Notes under the pieces: generated by a model
What the model saw: only the letters and a program-made list of their open reading frames with translations
Told to the model about the DNA's origin: nothing
Databases searched by the model: none
Shown: piece after piece, positions 1 through 8,884 of the stretch
How positions within the stretch are numbered: the stretch's first letter is position 1
Layout of the letters: each line of letters begins with the position of its first letter
Program-made: the position numbers and the translations under genes
Origin: Chloroflexota bacterium
GTDB taxonomy: Bacteria; Chloroflexota; Limnocylindria; Limnocylindrales; CSP1-4
DNA length: 64,000 nucleotides
NCBI GenBank assembly: GCA_016191345.1
Contig: JACPOU010000001.1
Location: 339 to 64,338, forward strand
Direction of reading: 5' to 3'

Positions 1-1
1 C

Positions 2-54
2 AGGGACACACGAGGCTGGATCTGCGGCCGCGGACCCGTGGCGCCAGGCCCCGG
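2..54. repeat. Copy 1 of a ~52-nt imperfect direct repeat (may be truncated by the window edge)
   Basis: Compared by eye with 189..240. It shares an identical 26-nt core CACGAGGCTGGATCTGCGGCCGCGGA (9..34 vs 196..221) and an identical 14-mer GTGGCGCCAGGCCC (38..51 vs 224..237). Between them lies a 1-nt indel, and the flanks carry a few substitutions. Confidence 0.8.
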
Positions 55-188
55 CGAACCCCGCGACCTCAGCGCGTGTCTCCATGACACACAACCCGAA
101 CGAACGAGCGTGGCCCAGGCCCCGAAACCTGCGGTTTGTGCAGGAACTCGCCACGGGCTCGTGCTCATTCATGCGAATCCTGTGTCCT

Positions 189-240
189 AGGGAAGCACGA
201 GGCTGGATCTGCGGCCGCGGATCGTGGCGCCAGGCCCTGG
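189..240. repeat. Copy 2 of the ~52-nt direct repeat, 187 nt downstream of copy 1
   Basis: Same alignment as for 2..54. This copy runs directly into the tandem array that starts at 252. Confidence 0.8.
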
Positions 241-251
241 GCGCCACCGCC

Positions 252-549
252 GCTCCGAGGCGGCCCGCGCGCTCCGAGGCGGCCCACGTGCTCCGGGGCG
301 GCCCCGCGCTCCGGGGCGGCCCCGCGCTCCGGGGCGGCCACGCGCTCCGGGGCGGCCACGCGCTCCGGCGGCACCCCGCGCGCTCCTGGGCGGCCCAGGC
401 GCTCCGGCGGCACCCCGCGCGCTCCTGGGCGGCCCAGGCGCTCCGGGGCACCCCGCGCGCTCCAGGGCGGCGCAGGCGCTCCGAGGCGGCTCCCACGCGC
501 TCCGGGGCAGCCCACGCGCTCCGGGGCGGCCCACGCGCTCTGGGGCGCC
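252..549. repeat. Degenerate tandem repeat array: about 16 head-to-tail units of 18-21 nt, consensus GCTCCGGGGCGGCCCNCGC
   Basis: Units start at 252, 271, 290, 308, 326, 344, 362, 382, 401, 421, 440, 459, 478, 499, 518 and 537. Exact duplicates are 290-307=308-325 and 326-343=344-361, plus a 39-nt double unit 362-400=401-439. Mixed unit lengths (18/19/20/21) break every reading frame, so the array is most likely non-coding. Confidence 0.9.
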
Positions 550-603
550 ACCACCGCCCCGGCGGCAGCCGCCGTCGGGTAGCATTCCGGCTGCATCGAA
601 ACT

Positions 604-2271
604 ATGCAGGCTGGATATCGAGGAGGCCGCGTGGCGGAGCGCTACGACGCGGTGATCATCGGGGGCGGCCACAACGGGCTGATCTCCGCCGCGTACCTCG
701 CCCGGGCGGGCATGAAGACGCTCGTCCTGGAGCGCCGGCACGTCCTCGGCGGCGCGGCGGTGACCGAGGAGCTGTTCCCGGGGTTCCGCTTCTCGGTCTT
801 CAGCTACGTCGTCTCGCTTCTCCGGCCCGAGATCATCCGCGAGCTGGACCTGCCGGCCCACGGCCTCGACATCCTGCCCCTCGACGGGACGTTCACCCCG
901 CTCCGGCCCGGCGAGGGTCCCAGGAGCGGCGGCGGCGACTACCTGTGGCGGGTCAACGATCACGGCCGGACGATCCGGGAGCTCCGCCGCTGGTCGAAGC
1001 GCGACGCCGAGGCGTACGAGGAATACGGCCAGCTCATGGTTGACATGGCCCGCTTCATCAAGCCGATCCTCGGGATCGTGCCGCCGGACCCGGCGTCCAA
1101 CGACCCCCGCCCCCTCCTCCCGCTCGGCGGCCTGGCCCGCGCGTTCCAGCGCCTGGGCGAGCGCCAGCAGGCCGTCTTCGTCCAGCTCATGACGATGTCG
1201 GCGTCCGACTTCCTGGACCAGTGGTTCGAGACGGACCCGCTCAAGGCCACGATGGCCGCGTCGGGGATCATCGGCACGTACCAGGGCGTGAAGAGCCCGG
1301 GCACCGCGTACGTCCTCCTCCACCACTACATGGGCGAGATCGACGGCGCGTTCCGGGCCTGGGGCATCCCGAAGAACGGCACGGGCGGCATCTCGAACGC
1401 GATCGGCAGCGCGGCCCGCGCCGCCGGCGCGGAGATCCGCCTCGAGGCGCCCGTGGCGAGGATCCTCGTCCGCGACGGGCGGGCGACCGGCGTCGTCCTC
1501 GAATCCGGCGAGGAGATCCTCGCCGGCTCCGTGCTCTCCTCGGTGGACAGCCGCCGGACCTTCATCGACCTCCTGGAGCCCGGCACCCTCGATGCCGACT
1601 TCGAGGCCCAGGTCCGCCGCTTCAAGTTCCGTGGCTCGTCGGGCAAGGTGAACATGGCCCTCGACGGCCTGCCGTCCTTCACGGCCCTGCCGGGACCCGG
1701 GGAGCACCTTCGCGGCGCGATCTCGATCTCCCCCTCGATCGACGAGATGGAGCGCGCCTACGACGACGCGAAGTACGGCCACTGGAGCCGCCGGCCCTAC
1801 ATCGACATCATCATCCCGACCCTCGTCGACCCGGCGATGGCCCCGCCCGGCAAGCACGTCATGAGCTGCTTCGTCCAGTACGCGCCGTACCACCTCGACC
1901 CGTCGCTCGGGTCGTGGGACGACAACCGCGAGGCGTTCGGGGACGCGGTCGTGGACCGGATCTCGGAGTTCGCCCCGGACCTCAAGTCGAAGATCCTCTT
2001 CCGGAACGTCCAGACGCCGCTCGACATCGAGCGGACGACGGGCCTGACCGAGGGCAACATCTTCCAGGGCGAGCTGTCCCTCGAGCAGCTCTTCTTCAGC
2101 CGGCCGGTGCCGGGCTGGGCCCGCTTCCGGACCCCCGTCCGCGACCTCTGGCTGAGCGGCTCCTCGACCCATCCCGGCGGCGGGATCATGGGCGCGAACG
2201 GGCGGATCGCGGCGCTGGAACTCCTCCGCTCGCGCGGCGGCGGCCGCGGGGCCGGCCGGAGGATCGCCTGA
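604..2271 (+). CDS. NAD(P)/FAD-dependent oxidoreductase, phytoene-desaturase (CrtI)-like family
   Basis: 555-aa ORF with the N-terminal dinucleotide-binding motif YDAVIIGGGHNGL...LERRHVLGG. The C-terminal GSSTHPGGGIMG is typical of COG1233-type amine-oxidase-fold enzymes. Confidence 0.85.
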   Translation: MQAGYRGGRVAERYDAVIIGGGHNGLISAAYLARAGMKTLVLERRHVLGGAAVTEELFPGFRFSVFSYVVSLLRPEIIRELDLPAHGLDILPLDGTFTPLRPGEGPRSGGGDYLWRVNDHGRTIRELRRWSKRDAEAYEEYGQLMVDMARFIKPILGIVPPDPASNDPRPLLPLGGLARAFQRLGERQQAVFVQLMTMSASDFLDQWFETDPLKATMAASGIIGTYQGVKSPGTAYVLLHHYMGEIDGAFRAWGIPKNGTGGISNAIGSAARAAGAEIRLEAPVARILVRDGRATGVVLESGEEILAGSVLSSVDSRRTFIDLLEPGTLDADFEAQVRRFKFRGSSGKVNMALDGLPSFTALPGPGEHLRGAISISPSIDEMERAYDDAKYGHWSRRPYIDIIIPTLVDPAMAPPGKHVMSCFVQYAPYHLDPSLGSWDDNREAFGDAVVDRISEFAPDLKSKILFRNVQTPLDIERTTGLTEGNIFQGELSLEQLFFSRPVPGWARFRTPVRDLWLSGSSTHPGGGIMGANGRIAALELLRSRGGGRGAGRRIA

Positions 2272-3929
2272 TGGCCGGGGGTCGCACGGCCGGTGCCCTC
2301 GATGCCGGTGCCCTCGACGCCGGTGCACCGTGGGACGCCGTCATCGTCGGGGGCGGGCACAACTCCCTCGTGACCGCCGCGTACCTCGGCAAGGGCGGCC
2401 TCCGGACCCTCGTCCTGGAGCGGCGCGACGTGACGGGCGGCGCATCCGAGACGTCCGAGCTTGCGACGAACATCCGCGTTCCGACCCTCGCCCACACGGT
2501 CGGGCGGTTGCGGGCGTCGGTCCATCGAGACCTCGACCTCAAGGGCCACGGCCTCGCCCTCATGGCCCCCGACGTCCGCGTCTTCGCCCCGAGCCCGGAC
2601 GGCTCCGCCGTCACCCTCTGGGACGACACCGCGCGGACGGTGGAGGAGCTCCGGGCGCGCTCCGCCCCTGACGCCCGGGCGTACCCGGCGTTCGATCGGC
2701 TCGTCCGGTCCCTGGGCCGGTTCCTCGACGAGCTTGGACGGTCCACGCCGCCGGACATCAAGGCCCCCGGCATCGGCGATGCCCTGACCGGGCTGAAGCT
2801 CGGGCGCACCTTCCGCGGCCTCGGCCGCAGCGACTCCCGGACCATCCTCAGAGTCCTGCCGATGGCGGTCGCGGACTTCGTCGCGGAGGCCTTCGAGACG
2901 GATGCGCTCCGGGCGGCGCTCGCCTGGCGCGGTGTCCGCTACTGCGCCGTCGGGCCGTGGTCCGCCGGCACGACCGCGATCCTGCTCCAGGACGGGGCCG
3001 GCAACGATGGCGGCGCGGCCGGCGATTCCGTGTTCGCGCGGGGCGGGCCCGGGGCGCTGTCGGCGGCCCTCGAGGCGGCGGCCACCGCGGCGGGCGTGGA
3101 GATCCGCCGTGGTGCGGAGGTGACCTCGATCACGACGCGTGACGGGCGGGCGACCGGCGTCGTCCTCGCCTCGGGCGAGGAGATCCAGGCCCGCACGGTC
3201 GTCTCGGGGCTGGACCCGAAACGGACGCTCGTCGAGCTCCTCGATCCGGTGGCGATCGGTCCGAACCTCGGCTGGCGGGCCGGGAACATCCGGACACCGG
3301 GGGTCGTGGCCAAGGTCAATCTCGCCCTGAAGAAGCTGCCGGTCTTCCCGTCGGCCGGGGAGGACGCCGAGCGGCGACTGCGCGGCCGGATCGTGATCGC
3401 GCCCGGCATCGACGCGATGGAGCGGGCCTTCGACGATTCGAAGTACGGTCGGGTGAGCGCCACGCCGATCCTCGAGGCGACGATCCCGTCGCTCGTGGAT
3501 CCGCTGCTCGTGGACGGGGCGAAGCCCGGGACGCACGTCATGAGCGTCATCGCCCAGTACGCGCCGTTCGCGCTACGGGAGAGCGACTGGGCGAGCTCCG
3601 CGGAGACGTTCGGGGACTCGGTCGTCGCGACGCTGGAGGCCGTGGCGCCGGGCATCGGGTCGCTCATCACCCACCGCCAGGTCCTCACGCCGGTGGACCT
3701 CGAGAACCTCTACGGGCTCACCGGCGGGCACCCGCTCCACGCCGAGCCCGGCCTCGACCAGTTCTACCTGTGGCGGCCGCTCCTCGGGCACGCCCGCTAC
3801 CGCCTCGGCGGCATCGACGGGCTCTACCTCTGCGGCTCCGGCGCCCACCCGGGCGGCGGGATCACCGGCGGGCCCGGCCAGAATGCCGCCCGCCAGATCC
3901 TCGCGGATCGGAAGTCGCGCTGGCGCTAG
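2271..3929 (+). CDS. NAD(P)/FAD-dependent oxidoreductase, CrtI-like paralogue of the upstream gene
   Basis: Lies in frame inside ORF 1221..3929. The ATG at 2271 shares its A with the upstream TGA (2269-2271). Motifs WDAVIVGGGHNSL...LERRDVTGG and C-terminal GSGAHPGGGITG are present, with the same domain order as the neighbour. Confidence 0.8.
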   Translation: MAGGRTAGALDAGALDAGAPWDAVIVGGGHNSLVTAAYLGKGGLRTLVLERRDVTGGASETSELATNIRVPTLAHTVGRLRASVHRDLDLKGHGLALMAPDVRVFAPSPDGSAVTLWDDTARTVEELRARSAPDARAYPAFDRLVRSLGRFLDELGRSTPPDIKAPGIGDALTGLKLGRTFRGLGRSDSRTILRVLPMAVADFVAEAFETDALRAALAWRGVRYCAVGPWSAGTTAILLQDGAGNDGGAAGDSVFARGGPGALSAALEAAATAAGVEIRRGAEVTSITTRDGRATGVVLASGEEIQARTVVSGLDPKRTLVELLDPVAIGPNLGWRAGNIRTPGVVAKVNLALKKLPVFPSAGEDAERRLRGRIVIAPGIDAMERAFDDSKYGRVSATPILEATIPSLVDPLLVDGAKPGTHVMSVIAQYAPFALRESDWASSAETFGDSVVATLEAVAPGIGSLITHRQVLTPVDLENLYGLTGGHPLHAEPGLDQFYLWRPLLGHARYRLGGIDGLYLCGSGAHPGGGITGGPGQNAARQILADRKSRWR

Positions 3930-4062
3930 AGGGTCCCTGGCGGTGCGGACGTCATATTCCCGGAATCGGCCCGCTGGTCCTCGGCTTCTGCCGGTGATGC
4001 CCGTCGGCGTCATCCGAGCGGAACTCGCTCGCCGAAGGTCACGCCCGCCAGGCGCGCGCCCG

Positions 4063-5187
4063 ATGGGATCCCTCGTTGCCTGCATGGTCGCCGTCGCCGT
4101 CTCCCTGGCGGGGTGTGGTCCCAGCCCACAGCCGAGCGGCCTCCCTGATGAATCCGCACCGGCGTCGCCCGAGGCCACGGTCGCGGCGTTCGATCCGGGC
4201 TGGCGCCACGTCGAGCTCGGAGTTCCGCCCGACACGAACCTGACGAGCGCCTACGCCGGGCCGTCGGGCCTGGTCATCCTCGGCGGCCGCTTCGGGCCGG
4301 CCGGGTTCATCGGTGCGACGTGGACGTCGGCGGACGGCACGCTGTGGCGGATGCAGGCGACGCCCGGATTCATGGCCCCGTCAGCTGGCGCCGCGATCGG
4401 AAATGTCGAGGTCCTCCTCGGCGCGGGCGAGACGAATCGCTGCGCGCACCCCGCCGGCGAGACGACCTGGGCACGCCGGGACGGCGGGGACTGGTCGGCG
4501 GCCCCGTTCCAGCAGTCGCTCTTCTGCGCCGGCGGCGGCCCCGAGCTGGCCGCCGGTGACGGCTCGTTCGTGATCGCCGGCTCCGGGACGGGCGACCAGC
4601 CCTTCGCCTGGTGGTCGATCGATGGCTTGCTCTGGCGCGACATTCCCATCCCTGTCGACCCGTTCGTGATCGTGCGCGGCCTTGTCTGGGACGATGGGAT
4701 GTTCTGGATCATCGGCCGGGGCGAGGGTGGGATCGTGGCCCGGACCAGTCCCGACGGGCAGAAGTGGAGCGGCTGGTTGACGCTCATCGGCCGCCCCGGC
4801 ATTGATCCGTTGGCGGTGGCCCCGCTCGATGGCACGCCGATCCTGTTCACGAAGGACGCCGGGCGTGACGACGTCTGGCAGCTGACCGGCCCGGACACGG
4901 CAGTTGTCGTCCGTCCGTCGGGCCTCGAGGCGCTCAGGGGGAACGTCGCGCAGGCGGTCGCGGCGGCCGCTGGCAGGCTGTACGTGACACTCGACACGCC
5001 CCAAGGCTCACGTCTCGTGACATCGCTCGAAGGGATGTCCTGGTCGGAGGTGGCGCTCCCGCCGTTGCGGGGCCTCAGGATCACCGGGATCGCCGATGAT
5101 GGCAGCCACGTCCTCATCGTCGGGGCCATTGAAGCCGACGCGACGACGTGGGGGGCCTGGCTCGGAACGAGCCCGCCGGGGCCCTGA
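4063..5187 (+). CDS. Putative secreted lipoprotein with Asp-box (BNR-like) repeats, probably a beta-propeller
   Basis: An internal ATG at 4063 gives the signal peptide MGSLVACMVAVAVSLAGC with an LAGC lipobox. S/x-D-G-x-x-W motifs recur: SADGTLW, RRDGGDW, SIDGLLW, SPDGQKW, SLEGMSW. Confidence 0.6.
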   Translation: MGSLVACMVAVAVSLAGCGPSPQPSGLPDESAPASPEATVAAFDPGWRHVELGVPPDTNLTSAYAGPSGLVILGGRFGPAGFIGATWTSADGTLWRMQATPGFMAPSAGAAIGNVEVLLGAGETNRCAHPAGETTWARRDGGDWSAAPFQQSLFCAGGGPELAAGDGSFVIAGSGTGDQPFAWWSIDGLLWRDIPIPVDPFVIVRGLVWDDGMFWIIGRGEGGIVARTSPDGQKWSGWLTLIGRPGIDPLAVAPLDGTPILFTKDAGRDDVWQLTGPDTAVVVRPSGLEALRGNVAQAVAAAAGRLYVTLDTPQGSRLVTSLEGMSWSEVALPPLRGLRITGIADDGSHVLIVGAIEADATTWGAWLGTSPPGP

Positions 5188-5319
5188 GCCAGGACGAATC
5201 GCCAGCCGGAAGCCGTCGCATCTGGACTCGTCCGGGCCCTGACCGACATGGGCCGCGTCCTGACCGACTCCATCTGTCACCGGCGTTCGCCGGCGATGCG
5301 GCCCGGATGGTCAGTGCCG

Positions 5320-6540
5320 CTACTCGGCCTGCTCGGCCGGCGCTTCGACGTCGAGATCCGTCGTCGGGTCCGGTTCGCGCGGCACCCGCACGGATCGGCC
5401 CTCGCGGCGGCCGAGTCGCTGGGCGGCGCGTGCGGCGACGGCGCCGCCCTCGACGTTGCGCCCCAGCGAGTGCATGAAGAAGGCCGAGAGGACCGCGGCG
5501 ATCGGGATGCCGAAGATCGCGCCGCTGATGCCCGCGATCTTGCCGCCGACGAGCACGGAACCCAGGACGATGATCGGGTGGATCCGGAGCGCCTGGGCCA
5601 TGAGCCGCGGCTGGAGCACGTTCATGACCGCGAGCCAGCCGGCGGCCATCACGATCGCGGTGCCGCCGGTCGCCTCGGGCTTGGTGAGGATCGCGGCGAG
5701 GATCGGCGGCGCCCAGGCGAGGAACGGCCCGAAGAACGGGATCGCCATCAGGAGCCCCGCCGCCGCCGACGTCCCGGCGAGGTACTGGAGGCCGAAGAAC
5801 CCGCTGGCGATGACCGCGACGGCCGCGTAGACGATCCCGAGGATCGCCTGGCCCCGGAGGAACCCGCCGAACGACCGGGCGACGCTCGTCTCGAGGAGGC
5901 GGGCCTCTTCCTTGTACTGGGGCGGCACGAGCCGGAACGCCGAGGCGAGGAGCCGGTCGCGGTCGGCGACCATGTACAGGGACAGGATCACGATGAGGAG
6001 CAGGTTCGCGATGGCCCCGAGGCTCGCAACCGCGACCTGCTGGAGCGGCCCCGCGAGTTGCGTCGCGTAGCGATTGAGGTTGTCGAGGAACGCAGCCCCC
6101 TGGCTGGCGAGGTCGATGTCGACGAGGCCGAGTGAATCCAGGCGCTCCTGCCACGGTGCGAGGATCGTCGGGAGGTCGCCCCGCAGGGTCGGCACCGAGG
6201 CGATGAAGTCGGCGACCGAGGTGGCGAGCGCACCGGCGATCGCGACGACGAGGATGACGAGCCCGCCGAACAGCAGGATGTAGACGAGGAACACGGCGCC
6301 CGTCCGGGACAGGAACGGGATCGTCGCGACCCGGGCCACGAGCGGGGTGAGAATGAACGCCAGCAGCCACGACAGGAAGAAGACGAGGATCAGGTCGCCG
6401 AAGTCGTGGAGCAGGTTGGCCAGGTAGCCGAGGACCACGAACGTCAGCGCGACGGCGGAGAGGACGAGGACGAGGTCCAGCCAGCGGCGCTCCCGGGGCG
6501 TGAGCCCGAAGCTCACGGTCCGCCGCTCCGGCTCGGTCAC
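5320..6540 (-). CDS. AI-2E family transporter (PerM/UPF0118-type permease)
   Basis: 406-aa polytopic membrane ORF whose overall sequence resembles AI-2E/PerM permeases. The GTG start at 6540 overlaps the trpS stop (GTGA). Confidence 0.8.
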   Translation of the reverse strand: MTEPERRTVSFGLTPRERRWLDLVLVLSAVALTFVVLGYLANLLHDFGDLILVFFLSWLLAFILTPLVARVATIPFLSRTGAVFLVYILLFGGLVILVVAIAGALATSVADFIASVPTLRGDLPTILAPWQERLDSLGLVDIDLASQGAAFLDNLNRYATQLAGPLQQVAVASLGAIANLLLIVILSLYMVADRDRLLASAFRLVPPQYKEEARLLETSVARSFGGFLRGQAILGIVYAAVAVIASGFFGLQYLAGTSAAAGLLMAIPFFGPFLAWAPPILAAILTKPEATGGTAIVMAAGWLAVMNVLQPRLMAQALRIHPIIVLGSVLVGGKIAGISGAIFGIPIAAVLSAFFMHSLGRNVEGGAVAARAAQRLGRREGRSVRVPREPDPTTDLDVEAPAEQAE

Positions 6541-7580
6541 CGGAGGCCCATCTTCGCGCGGACCTCGTCCATCGTGGCCTGCGCCATCGGCCGGAGGCGG
6601 TCGGCTCCGGTCTCCAGGATCCCCTCGATCTCGGCCGGGTGGGCCATGAGCTCGAGGTAGCGCTCCCGGGCCGGCGCGTAGTGCCGGATGATCCGGTCCG
6701 CGAGGAGCTTCTTCGTGTCCACGCAGCCGGTCCGGGCCGTTCGCTCGCCGTCCTGGATCTCGAGGTAGTCGTCGCCGAAGAAGCGGTGGAGCTGGCAGAC
6801 GTTGCAGACCTCCGGCCGGCCGGGATCGGTCCGCCTGATCCGGAGCGTGTCCGTCACCATCGACATGACCTGGCGACGGATGAGGTCGGGCTCGGCGAGG
6901 ATGTCGATCGTGTTGCCGACCGACTTGCTCATCTTCCGGACGCCGTCCGTGCCGAGCACGACCGGCGCCTCGGTGAAGACCGCCTGGGCTTCCGGGAACG
7001 TGTCGCCGTAGCGCCGGTTGAAGGCGCGCGTGATCTCGCGCGACAGCTCCAGGTGGGCCGCCTGGTCCTTGCCGACGGGCACGTTCGTGGCCTTGTAGAT
7101 GACGATGTCCGCGGCCTGCAGCACCGGGTACGTCAGGAGCCCGTGGTTCACGTCGTCCGGCTGCTGGGCGACCTTCTCCTTGTACGTCGGCGTCCGCTCC
7201 AGCCAGCTGACCGGCGTGACGGTCATCAGCAGCCAGGCCAGCTCCGTGTGCTCCGGGCGATGGCTCTGGACGAAGAGGGTGCAGCGATCGGGATCGAGGC
7301 CCAGCGCCAGCAGCCCCGCCGCCATCTCCCGGGTCCGCGTCCGCAGCACGTCGCCGTCGTGGGTCGACGTCAGGGCGTGGTAGTCGACGATGCAGTAGAT
7401 CGCCTCGTACTCGTCCTGGAGGCGGACATAGTTGCGAATCGCGCCGAGGTCGTTGCCGAGGTGAACGATCCCCGAGGGCTGGATGCCGCTGAATGTCCGG
7501 GCCGGCGCACCGGAGGCGACGGTGGCCGGCGACGCGTTCGCCGCAGGCTCGCTGGTCGGGTTGGAGGTCGGGCTCGTCAT
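6537..7580 (-). CDS. trpS: Tryptophan--tRNA ligase
   Basis: Class I aaRS signatures are present: a HIGH-like GIVHLGN and KMSKS. The sequence resembles TrpS throughout. I chose the start at the internal ATG 7580 (MTSPTSNP) because a -10-like TACACT lies 7 nt upstream; the ORF could extend to 7634. Confidence 0.88.
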   Translation of the reverse strand: MTSPTSNPTSEPAANASPATVASGAPARTFSGIQPSGIVHLGNDLGAIRNYVRLQDEYEAIYCIVDYHALTSTHDGDVLRTRTREMAAGLLALGLDPDRCTLFVQSHRPEHTELAWLLMTVTPVSWLERTPTYKEKVAQQPDDVNHGLLTYPVLQAADIVIYKATNVPVGKDQAAHLELSREITRAFNRRYGDTFPEAQAVFTEAPVVLGTDGVRKMSKSVGNTIDILAEPDLIRRQVMSMVTDTLRIRRTDPGRPEVCNVCQLHRFFGDDYLEIQDGERTARTGCVDTKKLLADRIIRHYAPARERYLELMAHPAEIEGILETGADRLRPMAQATMDEVRAKMGLR

Positions 7581-7587
7581 CCGGCCG

Positions 7588-7593
7588 AGTGTA
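7588..7593 (-). promoter_or_regulatory. Putative -10 hexamer TACACT for a leaderless trpS transcript
   Basis: The minus strand reads GCTCGGCTACACTCGGCCGG-ATG, with 7 nt between the hexamer and ATG 7580. The 12-mer CTACACTCGGCC recurs at the predicted promoter at 61272..61301. Confidence 0.35.
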
Positions 7594-7687
7594 GCCGAGC
7601 GAATCCGCCCGGCGCGCCGGGGCGGCGGCGCCACGGGCCCCGTACCATCAGGGGCATGGCAGCGGCACGCGGCTCCGGGTCCGAAGG

Positions 7688-8884
7688 ATGAAGGCGCCGC
7701 TCCGCGTCGCCGTGCTCGGCGCCGGCACGGTGGGCGCCGAGGTGGTCCGGGCGATCCTCGAGCGGCCCGAATCGCTCCTGGCCGTGGACGGGGCGCCCAT
7801 CCGCCTGGCCGGGGTCGCGGTCCGGGACGTGGCCAGGGCCGTCGCGCGGGGCATCCCCGAGACCCTGCTCACGGACGCGCCGGCGCACCTCGTCGCCGAT
7901 CCGGAGACGGACGTCGTGGTGGAGTTGATGGGCGGCGACGAGCCGGCCCGGACGCTCATCGCCGCCGCGCTGGCCGCCGGCAAGGGCGTCGTGACCGCGA
8001 ACAAGCACGTCCTTGCCCACCACGGCGCGGTGCTCGAGGCGATCGCGCGCGGCACCGGCGCCGCCCTGCGCTTCGAGGCGGCCGTGGGCGGCGGGATCCC
8101 GGTTCTCGGGCCGCTTGCGCTCGACCTCGCCGCGAACCGGATCGAGGCCGTGCGCGGCATCGTCAACGGGACGACGAACCTGATCCTCAGCCGGATGGCC
8201 GGCGAGGGCCGGTCCTACGCGGACGTCCTCGCGGAGGCGCAGCGAGCCGGCTTCGCGGAAGCGGACCCGCGCGACGATGTCGAGGGCGACGACGCCGCGA
8301 ACAAGCTCGTCGTCCTTGCCCGGCTTGCCTTCGGGCGATGGCTCGACGTCCACGCGATCGGCCGGACACCCGGGCGATCGGCTCGCCGGGGGTCGGCCGC
8401 GGACGAAGCGGCCGGCCGGCCGGGGATCACGGGCGTGACCCTCGAGGACGTCGCGGCCGCGACGGCTCGCGGCTTCGTCCTCAAGCTCATCGCCGCCGCC
8501 GTCCGCCGGGGCGGCGACGGGATGATCGACGCCAGCGTCCTCCCGACGGCCGTCGCCGCGGACGCGGCGCTTGCCCGGACGAACGGGGTCCTCAACCGGA
8601 TCGAGATCGAGGCGTCACCGCTCGGCACGGTCGCATTCGCGGGCCCGGGTGCGGGTGGCGCGGCCACGGCCAGCGCGGTCCTCGGCGACCTCATCGCGAT
8701 CGCGCGGGGCGCCGGCAGCACCTGGGCCGGCCTCGCGCCGGCCGCTGATGGGCGGCCCATGGACCCGGCCGCTGGCGTCGCGGGCGCCGGCGTCGCGGGC
8801 GCTGGCGTCGCGGGCGCGAGCGTCGCCGGCTCGGTCGAGACCTTCGACGCGCCGTCCGGCACCGCCTACCCGGTGCTCCGATGA
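7688..8884 (+). CDS. hom: Homoserine dehydrogenase, apparently without a C-terminal ACT domain
   Basis: Has the N-terminal [13 protein letters not shown]-binding motif, then [18 protein letters not shown] and [17 protein letters not shown]. The protein ends in a low-complexity (AGVAG)n tail. Confidence 0.9.
   Translation: MKAPLRVAVLGAGTVGAEVVRAILERPESLLAVDGAPIRLAGVAVRDVARAVARGIPETLLTDAPAHLVADPETDVVVELMGGDEPARTLIAAALAAGKGVVTANKHVLAHHGAVLEAIARGTGAALRFEAAVGGGIPVLGPLALDLAANRIEAVRGIVNGTTNLILSRMAGEGRSYADVLAEAQRAGFAEADPRDDVEGDDAANKLVVLARLAFGRWLDVHAIGRTPGRSARRGSAADEAAGRPGITGVTLEDVAAATARGFVLKLIAAAVRRGGDGMIDASVLPTAVAADAALARTNGVLNRIEIEASPLGTVAFAGPGAGGAATASAVLGDLIAIARGAGSTWAGLAPAADGRPMDPAAGVAGAGVAGAGVAGASVAGSVETFDAPSGTAYPVLR
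8770..8829 (+). repeat. In-frame 15-nt tandem repeat (4 units) encoding [20 protein letters not shown] in the hom 3' end
   Basis: The units are GCTGGCGTCGCGGGC, GCCGGCGTCGCGGGC, GCTGGCGTCGCGGGC and GCGAGCGTCGCCGGC, read directly from the sequence. Confidence 0.85.

Noticed and set aside
252-549. Tandem array considered as a CRISPR array or as a coding peptide repeat (ALRGGP...)
   Set aside because: The units are contiguous with no spacers, are only 18-21 nt long, and no cas genes are present, so it is not a CRISPR. Unit lengths are not all multiples of three, so no single frame carries a consistent peptide repeat. A canonical G-quadruplex is also unlikely because the G-runs are about 14 nt apart.
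187-3536. Long minus-strand ORFs 187..2328 and 1797..3536
   Set aside because: They are antisense shadows of the two CrtI-like oxidoreductase genes. They have no motifs and extreme Arg/Gly/Pro content.
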